Assembly (NCBI GenBank): GCA_035765795.1 | Contig: DASTWX010000238.1 | Location: 4,635-68,634 of the forward strand | Direction of reading: 5' to 3' | From: Pseudolabrys sp. | Lineage (GTDB): Bacteria > Pseudomonadota > Alphaproteobacteria > Rhizobiales > Xanthobacteraceae | DNA length: 64,000 nt | Shown: positions 7,565 through 19,428 of the stretch, in pieces | How the letters are laid out: the number at the start of each line of letters is the position of its first letter | Numbering within the stretch: position 1 is the stretch's first letter | Translations under genes and position numbers: made by a program | Notes under the pieces: model-generated | The model's input: the letters and a program-made list of their open reading frames with translations, nothing else | The model's database searches: none | What the model was told of the DNA's origin: nothing

Positions 7565-10036
7565 ATGGCCGCCATGTCGGAATTAACACGTCAGCCTGCT
7601 CGGTCCGAGCACACTAACCTCGAAAACGAACTGCGCGACGCCATCCTGGCGAAGCTCACCTATGTGCTCGGCCGCAATGCGGAGACGGCAACCGACAACG
7701 ACTGGTTCCAGGCGACCGCGCTGGCGGTGCGCGATCGGTGTGTCGATATCTGGATGACGTCCCAAGCCGAGACCAAGCGGCTGAGGAAGAAACGGGTCTA
7801 CTATCTCTCCATAGAATTTCTCGTCGGGCGCCTGCTGCTCGACACGCTGACCAATCTGCGGCTTACCCAGGCCACACGACAAGCGCTGCGTAGCCTTGGC
7901 GTCGATCTCGATCGCTTGCGCGAGAGCGAGCCCGATGCTGCGCTCGGCAACGGCGGATTGGGACGGCTCGCCGCCTGCTTCATCGACAGTATGGCGGCGC
8001 TCGGTATCCCAGGTTACGGCTACGGCATTCGCTACGAGAACGGATTGTTCGAACAGCGCATCCGTGACGGCTGGCAGGAAGAAGCGCCGGAAGACTGGCT
8101 GGCGCGCGGAAACCCTTGGGAATTCGCGCATCCGGATACCAGCTATATCGTCCAGTTCGGCGGCGTCGTCGAATACATCGGCGGCGATAACGCGACGGCG
8201 CGCGCAAACTGGTATCCGCACGAAACGGTACTGGCGGTGCCTTACGACACGATCATCGGCGGCTGGCGCGGGCGGCACGCCAATGCTCTGCGGTTATGGT
8301 CGGCGCGGGCGCCCTCACCGATACAATTATCCGCGCTCAATCACGGTGACGTCGTGGGTGCGACCGCGGCGCGGGCACGGGCCGAAGCGATCTCGCGTGT
8401 GCTCTACCCCAACGATGCCACCCCGGAAGGCCAAGAACTACGGCTGCGGCAAGAGTATTTCTTTACTTCGGCCTCGCTGCAGGACCTATGCCGCCGGCAT
8501 CTGGAAGAATTCGGCACGCTGGAGACGCTGGCCGACTATGCCGCCGTTCAACTCAACGATACCCACCCGGCAATCGCCGTCGCCGAATTGATGCGGCTCT
8601 TGATTGACGACCACGACATAGCGTGGGGCAAGGCCTGGGACCTCACGCGCGCAACGCTCTCTTACACCAATCATACTTTGTTGCCGGAGGCGCTGGAAAC
8701 CTGGCCGGCAGAGCTGTTGGGACGGCTGCTGCCGCGGCATTTGCAGATCATCTACCTGATCAACTGGTTTCATCTCAAGCAGACGGAAGAGGCCGGCTTT
8801 AGCGATCCGGCATTCTTGTCCGCCGTGTCGCTCGTGGATGAGAACGCGGACAAATCGATTCGCATGGCCAATCTCGCGTTCGTCGGCTCTCATTGCGTCA
8901 ATGGCGTCTCGGCCCTGCATACTGAACTGCTGCGCAAGACACTTTTTCATGACCTCGCCCGCACAGTACCAACCAGGATCGTCAACAAGACGAACGGGAT
9001 CACTTTTCGCCGTTGGCTCTACGATGCCAATGAGCCGTTGACAGCATTATTAACGCGCCGGCTTGGCGAGCGTGTACTCGACGAGCCGCGCTGCCTCGAG
9101 CAGATCGAGACCCTGACGCAGAACGCCGAATTCGTCGCGGAATATCAGAAGACGCGCATGCACAACAAGCTGCGGCTGGCGGATATCCTGCGTCTGAGCA
9201 CCGGCGTACGCCTGCCGACGCATGCGCTGTTCGACGTGCATATCAAGCGCATTCATGAATATAAACGTCAGTTGCTCAACATTCTCGATGCCATCGCGCT
9301 GTATCAGGCGATCCGCGCCGAGCCCGAGGCCGATTGGGTGCCGCGCGTGAAGATATTCGCCGGCAAGGCGGCGGCGAGCTACGAACGCGCCAAATTGATT
9401 ATCAAGCTCGCCAATGACGTGGCGGCGGTCGTGAACAACGACCCCGTGGTAGCCGACCGGCTGAAGATCATTTTCGCGCCGAACTACAGTGTCAGTCTGG
9501 CAGAAAGGATCATTCCGGCGGCCGACCTCTCGGAGCAGATATCGACGGCCGGCATGGAAGCCTCCGGCACCGGCAACATGAAGCTCGCTCTCAATGGCGC
9601 CATCACGATCGGCACGCTCGACGGCGCCAATATCGAGATCCGCGACCACGTCGGCGCCGATAACGTGATCATATTTGGACTGACCGCTGCGGAGGTGAAA
9701 GAGCGGCAACAGGCGCAATTCAAAGGCGCGGTTGCGGCTGCTGTCTCGCCACGGCTCGCCGCCGTGTTGGAGAGTCTGGCCGCCGGAGCCTTCTCGCCGG
9801 ATGATCCAGCACGTTTCGCGGCCATCGTGCAATCAATCACCGACTACGACCGCTTCATGGTGGCAGCCGATTTCGACGCCTATTGGAACGCGCAACGCAA
9901 AGTCGATGCGTTGTGGCGCTCACCTGCCGACTGGTGGCGAATGAGCATCCTGAACACCGCGCGCATGGCTTGGTTCTCGTCCGACCGCACCATCCGAGAA
10001 TACGCACGAGACATCTGGAACGTGCCGGCTTCTTGA
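7565..10036 (+). CDS. glgP: Glycogen/starch phosphorylase (GT35)
   Basis: YYLSIEF, LGNGGLGRLAACF, QLNDTHP, KRIHEYKRQ, and PLP-Lys motif EASGTGNMK. Start ATG 7565 or 7574. Confidence 0.97.
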   Translation: MAAMSELTRQPARSEHTNLENELRDAILAKLTYVLGRNAETATDNDWFQATALAVRDRCVDIWMTSQAETKRLRKKRVYYLSIEFLVGRLLLDTLTNLRLTQATRQALRSLGVDLDRLRESEPDAALGNGGLGRLAACFIDSMAALGIPGYGYGIRYENGLFEQRIRDGWQEEAPEDWLARGNPWEFAHPDTSYIVQFGGVVEYIGGDNATARANWYPHETVLAVPYDTIIGGWRGRHANALRLWSARAPSPIQLSALNHGDVVGATAARARAEAISRVLYPNDATPEGQELRLRQEYFFTSASLQDLCRRHLEEFGTLETLADYAAVQLNDTHPAIAVAELMRLLIDDHDIAWGKAWDLTRATLSYTNHTLLPEALETWPAELLGRLLPRHLQIIYLINWFHLKQTEEAGFSDPAFLSAVSLVDENADKSIRMANLAFVGSHCVNGVSALHTELLRKTLFHDLARTVPTRIVNKTNGITFRRWLYDANEPLTALLTRRLGERVLDEPRCLEQIETLTQNAEFVAEYQKTRMHNKLRLADILRLSTGVRLPTHALFDVHIKRIHEYKRQLLNILDAIALYQAIRAEPEADWVPRVKIFAGKAAASYERAKLIIKLANDVAAVVNNDPVVADRLKIIFAPNYSVSLAERIIPAADLSEQISTAGMEASGTGNMKLALNGAITIGTLDGANIEIRDHVGADNVIIFGLTAAEVKERQQAQFKGAVAAAVSPRLAAVLESLAAGAFSPDDPARFAAIVQSITDYDRFMVAADFDAYWNAQRKVDALWRSPADWWRMSILNTARMAWFSSDRTIREYARDIWNVPAS

Positions 10037-10070
10037 GTGTGGCACTTTCGTGCGCGCCCGGAACGGCAGT

Positions 10071-11834
10071 TTATTCAGACCTATACCGCCTGCCGCCCTG
10101 CTCGAAGGCCTCGACAACGCGGCGAAAGTCTTCCTGCTCACCAAGCTCTTCCAGCAGCACCGGCAGCTTGCGGCGCCAGTTGGGATGCTGATCAGTGGTG
10201 CCGGGAATGTTGACCTGATCGCGCTCGCCCAGCATATCCTCGATCGACATCACCACCAGCCGTGACGGCGTTTGCGCGAGAAAGGCCGCCACCGCGGCGA
10301 TCTCGTAATTGCGCCAAGCAGGCACGCGTTCGCTCAGGATCTCGTGCAACTTCTTGTGTGCCCAAGCACGCGCATCGTCATTCTCGCCCGGATCGACGCC
10401 GATGCCGCGCTTTACGGCAAGATCGTACATCTCCAACCAGCCGCGGAAGGTGGGGAGATCATGGGTCGAGAACGTCGCCACCGCGCCTGCGGGGTAGGCT
10501 TCCGGCGGCGTGAAGCGCCCGTCACCCTCACGCTCGAACAGCATCACCCGATAGCACCAGAGGCCCCACCGCGTGAGCGTCTCGCGAAAATGCTCCGGCA
10601 CCGTGCCGAGATCTTCACCGACCACCACGCATTTCAATCGGCGGCTCTCCTCGGCAACCACGCGCAGGAGATGGTGGAAAGGAAAGCGCACATAGGTGCC
10701 GTCAACCGCCCCACGCCCGAGCGGGATCATGAAAACGCGCTGCAAGCCCAGCACGTGATCGAGCCGGACGGCGCCGGCGTGGCGCATCGCCGCGCGCATC
10801 ATCAGCCGCACCGACTTGAAATCGTCGTTCGGCAATGCATGCGGATTGAACGGCGCCAACCCCCAATCCTGTCCGCCCCGATTTAATTCGTCAGGCGGCG
10901 CGCCCATCGAAACATCGGCAAGCACCGCGTCCTGCTGACTCCAGGCATCGGCACCGTGGCGGTCGATCCCAACCGCGAGGTCAATGTAAAGACCGACCGG
11001 CATGCCATGATGCCGTGCCGCCTTCGCGCACGCGGCGAGTTGCCGGTCGGCAATCCATTGCATGAATTCGTGGAATTCGCAGCCTTCTTGATTGGCCCGG
11101 CGGAAACGGCGCAACTGTACCCGATCGGGCGAGCGCCAGGGCTGGGGCCATTCGGTCCAGGGCGCCGGGTATTTGCACCGCAGCACCTCGAAACAGGCGA
11201 AGCGCAAAAGCGCCTCGCCTTGCTCGTGTCGATAGGCTTCGAAATCGGCGCGGCGCTCGGCGGTGGCGTTCGTCCGGAAATTCGCATGCGCGAGCGTCAG
11301 ACCGCGCAGCTTGGCAGCCGCTACGCGGGTATAGTCCACGAAGTCGGTCCCGCGTAAAGCCGCAACTTCGGCGGCGAGGCCGGCTTCCTCGAGGCCGGGA
11401 AATTCGGGCACCGCATCGACATCGATGTAGAGTGGATTAAGATAGACGCGGCTATTGGGCGCATAGGGGCTGGCCTGCTCGGCGCGATCGGTGAATAGCG
11501 CGTGCAGAGGGTTTAGACCGACGCCGGCAGCACCGGATTGCGCGGCACAGGCGATCAAATTACCAAGATCGGTGAAATCGCCGTGCCCCCAATTCCGACG
11601 CGAACGTAGAGCATAGAGTTGCGCGGCGAGCGCCCATAGCTTGCGGTCATCGCCTTGAAACGCCTCAATGGGCTCAGGCTGAGCCGGTAGCTCCGGAGGG
11701 CGTTCGTGCCCTCCCGATACCGCAGTCAGCAGCCGCTCCAACGTTTCCGGCCGGGCGGCGTAATACTTTCCGAAAACATCGAAATAGCCGCTTTCGATGC
11801 CCCACGCCTGCGCCGCCGCCGCCAAATCGTTCAT
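10071..11834 (-). CDS. malQ: 4-alpha-glucanotransferase (amylomaltase, GH77)
   Basis: QLYALRS..GDF, SPY.P.SR, catalytic RLDHVLGL / GEDLG / THDLPT, and VNIPGT..HPNWRRKL. Start taken at MNDL (11834). Confidence 0.95.
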   Translation of the reverse strand: MNDLAAAAQAWGIESGYFDVFGKYYAARPETLERLLTAVSGGHERPPELPAQPEPIEAFQGDDRKLWALAAQLYALRSRRNWGHGDFTDLGNLIACAAQSGAAGVGLNPLHALFTDRAEQASPYAPNSRVYLNPLYIDVDAVPEFPGLEEAGLAAEVAALRGTDFVDYTRVAAAKLRGLTLAHANFRTNATAERRADFEAYRHEQGEALLRFACFEVLRCKYPAPWTEWPQPWRSPDRVQLRRFRRANQEGCEFHEFMQWIADRQLAACAKAARHHGMPVGLYIDLAVGIDRHGADAWSQQDAVLADVSMGAPPDELNRGGQDWGLAPFNPHALPNDDFKSVRLMMRAAMRHAGAVRLDHVLGLQRVFMIPLGRGAVDGTYVRFPFHHLLRVVAEESRRLKCVVVGEDLGTVPEHFRETLTRWGLWCYRVMLFEREGDGRFTPPEAYPAGAVATFSTHDLPTFRGWLEMYDLAVKRGIGVDPGENDDARAWAHKKLHEILSERVPAWRNYEIAAVAAFLAQTPSRLVVMSIEDMLGERDQVNIPGTTDQHPNWRRKLPVLLEELGEQEDFRRVVEAFEQGGRRYRSE

Positions 11835-11892
11835 ATCGGGTACTTTTTCACGTGATTGCAAGCATAACGGCAGAAAGCGCATTATTCCGTAA

Positions 11893-11917
11893 GGAACTTT
11901 GGTCTTTTTTTTTGGTT
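11893..11917 (+). promoter_or_regulatory. Putative sigma-EcfG promoter of the glgE operon
   Basis: GGAAC (11893-11897)-N16-GGTT (11914-11917). The spacer contains a T9 run at 11905-11913. Confidence 0.6.
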
Positions 11918-11963
11918 CTTCTCATATTCCGTTTGTGGTTCCTTTCGGGGGGCCGAACCCGAA

Positions 11964-13982
11964 ATGGAAAGCCGCATGAAACAGGTGGAAGTGCAGCGTG
12001 CGGGTGTACGCATGAGAGCGTATCCTTTGAACGACACCTGGGACCTCTCCCCAACCGATCCAACCGGTCCGCGCTTCCGAATCGAAGACATTTTCCCCAG
12101 CATCGACGGCGGACGTTACCCGGTAAAACGAATTGCTGGCGAATCCGTGGATGTCTGGGCTGACATTTTTCGCGAAGGACACGATGTTCTCGCCGCGGCG
12201 GTAATCTGGAAGCCGGAGAACGACCGCGAATGGCGGCGCGAAGCCATGCGCCCGCACAGTAACGACCGCTGGCATGGCTGTTTTACGCCGCCTGAACCGG
12301 GCTGGTACTTGTTCGCGATCGAAGCTTGGACCGACCAGTTCGCCACTTGGCGGCACGAATTCCGTCTGAAGCAAGAAGCCGGCCAAGATGTCTCGGTGGA
12401 GGCGGAGGAGGGCTGCCAACTATTAAGCGACCTGCTACCGCGCGACCGAGAGGCGCGGCGGCTCATCCAGGCAACGGCGCGGAAATTCGCAGCCAGCAAA
12501 GACCCGGCAATTCTTCTCGACGACGTTGTACTGGCTGCTGTCGAGAAGGCCGATAGCAGGCCCGACCTCACCCGCAGCCATATCGTGCCGCTGGTCGCCG
12601 ACCGTGTCCGCGCCCGCGCCGGCGCGTGGTACGAAATGGTGCCGCGTAGCCAAAGCTCGGTCGCGGGCCGGCACGGCACCTTCGATGATTGCATCGCACG
12701 GTTGCCGGAAATTGCCGCACTCGGCTTCGATGTACTCTATTTGACGCCGATCCATCCGATCGGCCGCACCAATCGCAAGGGCAAGAACAACACGCTCAAT
12801 GCCGGACCGGACGATCCCGGCAGCTTCTATGCCATCGGGAACGAACAGGGTGGGCACGAAGCCGTCCACCCTCAACTCGGTACGCTCGATGACTTCGACC
12901 GGCTGGTCGATGCCTGTCACCAGCACGGCATGGAAGTCGCGCTCGATATCGCCGTGCAGTGCTCTCCGGATCACCCGTGGCTGAAAGAACATCCGGAATG
13001 GTTCCGGCATCGGCCGGACGGCTCGATCAAGTTCGCCGAAAACCCGCCGAAGAAATACGAGGACATCGTCAACCCCGACTTCACCTGCGCCGATCGCATC
13101 GCGCTATGGGAAGCGCTGCGGGATGTGATCCTGTTCTGGGTCAATCACGGTGTGCGGATTTTCCGTGTCGACAACCCGCATACGAAGCCATTCCCTTTTT
13201 GGGAGTGGCTGATTCACGACGTGCAGTCACGGCACCCGGACGTGCTGTTTCTGGCCGAGGCATTCACGCGGCCGAAGGTCATGAAGGCGCTGGCCAAGCT
13301 GGGCTTCAGCCAATCTTACACTTACTTCACTTGGCGCACCGGAAAGGGCGAGTTGCAGGAATACTTGAGCGAACTCACCGGCTATCCGGAGCGCGAGTAC
13401 TTCCGGCCAAACTTCTTTGTCACCACGCCGGACATCTTGCCGGTTCAGCTACAAACCGGCGAACCCTGGCTTTTCAAGGCGCGCGCGGCCTTGGCCGCCA
13501 CACTGTCGTCGAACTACGGCATCTACAATGGGTATGAGCTACTCGAGCATGAGCCAATCCCGGGGCGCGAGGAATTCATCAACTCGGAGAAATACGAGCT
13601 GAAGACGCGCGACTGGAACAAGCCCGGCAATATCAAGGGCTACATCAAACGGCTCAACTTTGTGCGCCGTGAAAACGCGGCGCTGTTACAAACCGCAAGA
13701 TTGCGTTTTCTTCTGATCGACGATCCGGCAGTCATTGGCTTCATCAAAGAATCGATCCACGACGACAACGCGGTGGCCGCGGCGATCGCATTGACCGGCA
13801 GCCCGCGCGAATTCTGGTTACATTTCGGTGACATGCTCATCGGGCCGGCAGACGGGAAGCGTCCGGTGCGCGCGATCGAGAATCTTGTAAGCGGCGAGCG
13901 CCACCTGCTCGAATGGGGCGGTGTTCGGCTTCACATCGACCCGCAAAACGAGCCGGCCCTTTTGTTTCGCTGCTACGCGTGA
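11964..13982 (+). CDS. glgE: Alpha-1,4-glucan:maltose-1-phosphate maltosyltransferase
   Basis: GGRYPVKR, WYEMVPRS, ENPPKKYEDI, FRVDNPHTKP, LAEAFTRP, SQSYTYFTWR. Exact start uncertain. Confidence 0.95.
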   Translation: MESRMKQVEVQRAGVRMRAYPLNDTWDLSPTDPTGPRFRIEDIFPSIDGGRYPVKRIAGESVDVWADIFREGHDVLAAAVIWKPENDREWRREAMRPHSNDRWHGCFTPPEPGWYLFAIEAWTDQFATWRHEFRLKQEAGQDVSVEAEEGCQLLSDLLPRDREARRLIQATARKFAASKDPAILLDDVVLAAVEKADSRPDLTRSHIVPLVADRVRARAGAWYEMVPRSQSSVAGRHGTFDDCIARLPEIAALGFDVLYLTPIHPIGRTNRKGKNNTLNAGPDDPGSFYAIGNEQGGHEAVHPQLGTLDDFDRLVDACHQHGMEVALDIAVQCSPDHPWLKEHPEWFRHRPDGSIKFAENPPKKYEDIVNPDFTCADRIALWEALRDVILFWVNHGVRIFRVDNPHTKPFPFWEWLIHDVQSRHPDVLFLAEAFTRPKVMKALAKLGFSQSYTYFTWRTGKGELQEYLSELTGYPEREYFRPNFFVTTPDILPVQLQTGEPWLFKARAALAATLSSNYGIYNGYELLEHEPIPGREEFINSEKYELKTRDWNKPGNIKGYIKRLNFVRRENAALLQTARLRFLLIDDPAVIGFIKESIHDDNAVAAAIALTGSPREFWLHFGDMLIGPADGKRPVRAIENLVSGERHLLEWGGVRLHIDPQNEPALLFRCYA

Positions 13983-13990
13983 GGGGGCTA

Positions 13991-16900
13991 ATGAACGTCC
14001 GACCGGCAATCGAGGCAATGGAAAAGAACACCGAGGACGACGGCCTGTGGTTCAAGGACGCCATCGTTTACCAGCTTCACGTCAAGGCCTTTCAGGACAG
14101 CAATGACGACGGGGTAGGAGATTTCATAGGGCTGACGCAGCGGCTCGATTATCTGCGCGATCTTGGCGTCACTACGCTATGGCTCTTGCCGTTCTATCCG
14201 AGCCCCGGCCGCGACGACGGTTACGACATTTCGGACTACGGCGATATCAACCCCCAATTCGGCACCATGAAGGATTTCCGCCGCTTCATGCATGAAGCCA
14301 AGCGGCGCGACCTGCGGGTGATCACAGAACTCGTCGTCAACCACACCTCCGACCAGCACCCTTGGTTCAAACGAGCCAAGCGCAGCGGCAGACACACCAG
14401 CGCACGCAACTGGTACGTCTGGAGCGACAACGATCACAAATATTCCGGCACTCGCATTATCTTTACCGATACCGAGAAATCGAATTGGACATGGGATGAC
14501 GAGGCCGGCGCATTTTACTGGCACCGCTTCTTTTCGCATCAGCCGGATTTAAACTTCGACAATCCCCGCGTTGTGAGAGCGGTGTTGCAGGTGATGAAGC
14601 GCTGGCTGGATGCCGGCGTGGACGGGTTTCGCCTCGACGCCGTGCCTTATCTCTGCGAGCGCGAGGGCACCAACAACGAGAACTTGCCGGAAACTCACGC
14701 GGTTCTCAAACGTTTACGCGCCGAGCTTGATGCTTATGCGCCGAATAAAGTGCTGCTGGCGGAAGCCAACCAGTGGCCCGAGGACGTGCAAGCTTACTTC
14801 GGCGAGGGCGACGAATGTCATATGGCCTACCATTTTCCGCTGATGCCACGGATTTATATGGCGATTGCGCAGGAGGACCGATTCCCCATCACCGACATCA
14901 TGCGGCAAACGCCTGAGATTCCGCCTAATTGCCAATGGGCCATGTTTTTGCGCAACCACGACGAGCTGACCCTCGAAATGGTGACCGACGCCGAGCGCGA
15001 TTATCTCTGGTCCACCTACGCCGCCGATCCGCGCGCGCGCATCAACCTCGGCATTCGTCGACGCTTGGCGCCTTTGATGGATAACGACCGCCGCAAGATA
15101 GAACTGATGAACTCCATCCTGATGTCGATGCCGGGAACACCGATCATCTATTACGGCGACGAGATCGGCATGGGCGACAATATCTATCTCGGCGATCGTA
15201 ACGGCGTACGCACCCCCATGCAGTGGACGCCGGACCGCAATGGCGGTTTTTCCCGCGCCGATCCAGCCAAACTGTTTCTGCCCTGCATTATGGACCCGGT
15301 TTATGGATACTCGGCGCTCAATGTCGAAGCGCAAACACGTTCGTTATCCTCGTTACTGAGTTGGACGAAGCGAACAATCGGCGTGCGCAAGTCGACCAGA
15401 GTGTTCGGCCGCGGTACCTTGACATTCATCCGGCCGGAAAACCGTGCCGTGCTCGCCTATGTACGCCAGCTCGGCGAGGAAGCGATCCTCTGCGTCGCCA
15501 ATATGTCGCGAAGCGCGCAGGCGGTCGAGCTGGACATGAGCGCCTGGGAAGGACGCATTCCGCAGGAGATGCTCGGCCGAACGCGCTTTCCACGCATTGG
15601 CGAACTACCATATCTGGTCACGCTGCCGCCCTACGGCTTTTTCTGGTTCTCGCTGCTCAAAGAACCCGGTCAAATGCCGGAAAAAGTGCTGCCACGCGAG
15701 ATCACCACCCTGGTGCTTGGGCCGGAGTGGGAAGACTCCATTTCAAAATGGACGCGTCGCACATTCGAGACGGACGTACTGCCCGGCTTCATGCCGGACC
15801 GCCGATGGTTTGGGGATAAAGCGTCCCGGCATGTCTCATTCAAGGTCTCGGTCGCCATTCGAATCGAGCAGGCGGAGAACCGGTTTGGCGCTGTCATCGC
15901 CGATGTGAAGGGCACGCATGGTACAAGCCGTTATTTCCTCCCCGTCACTGTCCGATGGACACGCTATACCGATGTTGATCGAGCCCCGGCGAGCGTCCTT
16001 TGCGCAGTCCGGCGCGGATCGCGCGAGGGCGCGCTGCTCGACGCCACAGCCGAGCCGGAGTTTATCGCCACCGTCTTGGTGAAAATTCATGCGGGCGAGA
16101 CGATCGGAAGCGATACAGCCCGAATCGAATTCCGTCCGACGACGCCGTTTACCGCCGAACCATTGCCGCAAGTCGAGCACGTCACAGCCATCGCGCGCGA
16201 GCAGTCAAATTCGAGTGTTATTGTCGACAACAAATATGTCGTCAAGGTTCTGCGGCGGATCACGGCAGGTATCCATCCGGATATCGAGGTGGGCCGTTTT
16301 CTTGCCGATGTTGCCCATTTTCAAAACGCGCCCCAGCTTCTCGGTTCCGTCGAGTTGGTCGAAGGCGAGAACCGTAGCGCGCTCGCAGTCGTACACGCGT
16401 TCGTGGAGAACCAAGGTGATGCATGGGGCGTCACTGCGGCCACGCTCGACCGGTTGGTCGAGGAGCATCGGCTGCTCACTACGGAAACCCCGCTGGAGTC
16501 CTTGGAAAACGCCTCCATGCTCCAGCGCATCCGCCAGATCGGCCGCCGCACGGCCGAGATGCACGTGGCCTTGGCCTGCCGGGACGACATTCCGGCTTTC
16601 GCGCCGGAGCCAATCTCTGCCGATGACGTTACACGCTGGTCCGAAACCATGGTCGAGCGCACGCGGGGCGCCTTCGGTCTGCTCGACCGGTTGCGCCGCG
16701 AGCTTCCCGAACGCACAGCGGTTTTGGCGCAGCGCCTGCACGACAACCGCGACGCCATCCTACGCTATATTGGCAACATCAAGGGCACATCCATTGATGG
16801 CCTCAAAATCCGCCATCATGGCGATTTTCACCTTGGGCAGGTGCTGATCGCGAAAGACGATGCCTACATCCTCGATTTCGAGGGCGAGCCGCGTCGCAGC

Positions 16901-17281
16901 CTCGATGAGCGCCGCAGCAAAGCGCCGCCGGCGCGCGACGTGGCCGGCCTTCTTCGCTCGATCGATTATGCCGCCAGCAGCGCGCTCGACCGGGCCGGTG
17001 ATATCACCGCGGAGGAGCGTGCGGGCTTGGCTATGGGTATTCGCGACTGGTCAGGGCGCATGACGGATGCATATTGGGAGAGCTATCGCGAGGCGCTCGG
17101 CGAAGGCGCGCGCTTGTGGCCGACCGATGCCGCGCAGACGCAATATCTGCTTGACGTTTTCCTCCTCGAGAAAGCGCTTTACGAAATCGAATACGAGCTC
17201 GCCAATCGACCGGCATGGTCGCATATCCCGATCGAAGCGAGCTTGCGTATTTTCGAGCAGCGGGGGGTGATCGGCCCATGA
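13991..17281 (+). CDS. treS: Trehalose synthase / maltokinase (TreS-Pep2/Mak) fusion
   Basis: GH13 motifs [28 protein letters not shown]-terminal kinase motifs [33 protein letters not shown] before ATG 13991. Confidence 0.96.
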   Translation: MNVRPAIEAMEKNTEDDGLWFKDAIVYQLHVKAFQDSNDDGVGDFIGLTQRLDYLRDLGVTTLWLLPFYPSPGRDDGYDISDYGDINPQFGTMKDFRRFMHEAKRRDLRVITELVVNHTSDQHPWFKRAKRSGRHTSARNWYVWSDNDHKYSGTRIIFTDTEKSNWTWDDEAGAFYWHRFFSHQPDLNFDNPRVVRAVLQVMKRWLDAGVDGFRLDAVPYLCEREGTNNENLPETHAVLKRLRAELDAYAPNKVLLAEANQWPEDVQAYFGEGDECHMAYHFPLMPRIYMAIAQEDRFPITDIMRQTPEIPPNCQWAMFLRNHDELTLEMVTDAERDYLWSTYAADPRARINLGIRRRLAPLMDNDRRKIELMNSILMSMPGTPIIYYGDEIGMGDNIYLGDRNGVRTPMQWTPDRNGGFSRADPAKLFLPCIMDPVYGYSALNVEAQTRSLSSLLSWTKRTIGVRKSTRVFGRGTLTFIRPENRAVLAYVRQLGEEAILCVANMSRSAQAVELDMSAWEGRIPQEMLGRTRFPRIGELPYLVTLPPYGFFWFSLLKEPGQMPEKVLPREITTLVLGPEWEDSISKWTRRTFETDVLPGFMPDRRWFGDKASRHVSFKVSVAIRIEQAENRFGAVIADVKGTHGTSRYFLPVTVRWTRYTDVDRAPASVLCAVRRGSREGALLDATAEPEFIATVLVKIHAGETIGSDTARIEFRPTTPFTAEPLPQVEHVTAIAREQSNSSVIVDNKYVVKVLRRITAGIHPDIEVGRFLADVAHFQNAPQLLGSVELVEGENRSALAVVHAFVENQGDAWGVTAATLDRLVEEHRLLTTETPLESLENASMLQRIRQIGRRTAEMHVALACRDDIPAFAPEPISADDVTRWSETMVERTRGAFGLLDRLRRELPERTAVLAQRLHDNRDAILRYIGNIKGTSIDGLKIRHHGDFHLGQVLIAKDDAYILDFEGEPRRSLDERRSKAPPARDVAGLLRSIDYAASSALDRAGDITAEERAGLAMGIRDWSGRMTDAYWESYREALGEGARLWPTDAAQTQYLLDVFLLEKALYEIEYELANRPAWSHIPIEASLRIFEQRGVIGP

Positions 17282-19428
17282 GCGATCTGCCCCCGGCTGC
17301 GCGCGAGATCATCGCCGGACGACACGCTGACCCGTTCAGCTATCTCGGACCGCATTTTGAAGACGATCATAAGGTGTTGCGCGTCTTCCTGCCTGAAGCG
17401 AGCCGGGTAGTCGCCGTGGGCGATGCCGGCGAGCGCGAACTCGAAAAACTCGATCCCGCCGGATTGTTCGCCGGTCCGCTCGACGGCATCCAGCAATATC
17501 GGCTGCGCGCGCGGTTCGATGACAACGAAGTCGAGTTGGAAGACCCCTACCGCTTCCCACCGGTGCTGACGGATTTCGACCTTTATCTGTTGGGCGAAGG
17601 CACTCATCTGCGGCTTTACGACAAGCTGGGCGCGCATCCCATGGAGCTCGACGGTGTTTCCGGGGTGGCTTTTGCCGTATGGGCGCCGAATGCCGCGCGG
17701 GTGAGCGTCGTCGGCGATTTCAATTTCTGGGATGGCCGCCGCCATGCCATGCGCGTGCGCGGCAACGGCTACTGGGAAATTTTCGTGCCTGGCGCTAAGC
17801 CGGAGCATAAGTACAAGTACGAGATCGCTTCCCGCTCCGGCGCGCTGCTGCCGCTGAAGTCGGACCCGGTCGGTTTCGCCAGCGAAATGCGGCCGGCTAC
17901 CGCCTCCGTTATAATTGACGAGACCAGGCTGCCGCGGCCGGTCCCGGCTCCGGAGAATGTCAACGCGATCGACAAGCCGATATCGATCTACGAGTTGCAT
18001 CTCGGCTCCTGGCGCAAGAAAGGTGAGTACGGTCAATATTGGCTGACCTATCGCGATTTGGCCGAGCAGCTTCCGCCCTATGCCGCCGATATGGGATTTA
18101 CCCATGTCGAGCTTTTGCCGGTCGCCGAGCATCCCTTTGACGGGTCGTGGGGCTATCAGCCCACCGGGCTCTTTGCGCCGACGAGCCGCTTCGGCCCACC
18201 TGACGATTTTGCCCGCCTTGTCGATGCCCTTCACCAAGCCGGCCTCGGAGTGCTGCTCGACTGGGTACCTGGCCATTTCCCCGATGATCCGCACGGGCTC
18301 GCGCAGTTCGACGGCACCGCCCTCTATGAGCACGCCAATCCAATGCAAGGGCGCCATCTCGACTGGGATACGCTCATCTATAACTACGGCCGCGTCGAGG
18401 TCACCAATTTCCTTTTGGCCAACGCGCTGTTCTGGCTGGACCGCTATGGAGTCGATGGGCTGCGCGTCGATGCGGTCGCCTCCATGCTCTATCTCGACTA
18501 CAGCCGTCCGCCCGGGGGCTGGGTACCGAACAGGTTCGGCGGCCGAGAAAATATCGAGGCGATTGGATTCCTGCGCCGGACAAACACGGAAGTGTTCAAA
18601 AATTTCCCGCAGGCGACCACCGCAGCCGAAGAATCGACCGCATGGCCCATGGTATCGCGCCCGGCCGATTGGGGTGGACTAGGCTTCGGGTACAAGTGGA
18701 ATATGGGTTGGATGCACGACACTTTGGAGTACATTTCCAGGGATCCGATCTATCGCCGCTATCACCACGGCAATATCCTGTTCGGCCTCCATTACGCCTT
18801 TTCAGAAAATTTCATTTTGCCGTTGTCACACGACGAAGTCGTGCATGGTAAGCGCTCGATCCTCGGCCGCATGCCGGGCGACCAGTGGCAGCGTTTCGCC
18901 AATTTGCGGGCCTATTACTCCTTCATGTTCGGCCATCCGGGCAAGAAGCTGATGTTCATGGGCTCCGAATTCGGCCAGGACGGCGAGTGGAATCACGATG
19001 TCAGCCTTCCCTGGCACCTCACCGAGCAACAAAACCATGCAGGCGTGCAGCGGCTGGTGCGCGACCTGAATAAGATTTATCGCGGGACTCCGGCGCTGCA
19101 CACGCTCGACTGCGACCCCAACGGTTTTGAATGGCTGATCTCGGACGATGCCGCTCACAGCACCTATGCCTGGCTACGCAAAGGCAAGAACGCCAACGAG
19201 CGCTGCGTTGTCGTGGTCAATTTCACGCCGCAGGTTCTGCGCGATTACCGCGTCCGCGTTCCTTTTGCCGGCATCTGGCGCGAAATATTGAATTCCGACG
19301 CGGCGATCTATGGCGGCAGCAATGTCGGCAATGCCGGAGCCGTTTCCACCGTTTTGACGCGCGACAGCCCGGAGCTTCAGCTTGTTGTCCCACCCCTCGC
19401 GGCCATATTCCTCGTTCCCGAAGTCTAG
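17278..19428 (+). CDS. glgB: 1,4-alpha-glucan branching enzyme
   Basis: [44 protein letters not shown] overlap with treS. Confidence 0.97.
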   Translation: MSDLPPAAREIIAGRHADPFSYLGPHFEDDHKVLRVFLPEASRVVAVGDAGERELEKLDPAGLFAGPLDGIQQYRLRARFDDNEVELEDPYRFPPVLTDFDLYLLGEGTHLRLYDKLGAHPMELDGVSGVAFAVWAPNAARVSVVGDFNFWDGRRHAMRVRGNGYWEIFVPGAKPEHKYKYEIASRSGALLPLKSDPVGFASEMRPATASVIIDETRLPRPVPAPENVNAIDKPISIYELHLGSWRKKGEYGQYWLTYRDLAEQLPPYAADMGFTHVELLPVAEHPFDGSWGYQPTGLFAPTSRFGPPDDFARLVDALHQAGLGVLLDWVPGHFPDDPHGLAQFDGTALYEHANPMQGRHLDWDTLIYNYGRVEVTNFLLANALFWLDRYGVDGLRVDAVASMLYLDYSRPPGGWVPNRFGGRENIEAIGFLRRTNTEVFKNFPQATTAAEESTAWPMVSRPADWGGLGFGYKWNMGWMHDTLEYISRDPIYRRYHHGNILFGLHYAFSENFILPLSHDEVVHGKRSILGRMPGDQWQRFANLRAYYSFMFGHPGKKLMFMGSEFGQDGEWNHDVSLPWHLTEQQNHAGVQRLVRDLNKIYRGTPALHTLDCDPNGFEWLISDDAAHSTYAWLRKGKNANERCVVVVNFTPQVLRDYRVRVPFAGIWREILNSDAAIYGGSNVGNAGAVSTVLTRDSPELQLVVPPLAAIFLVPEV

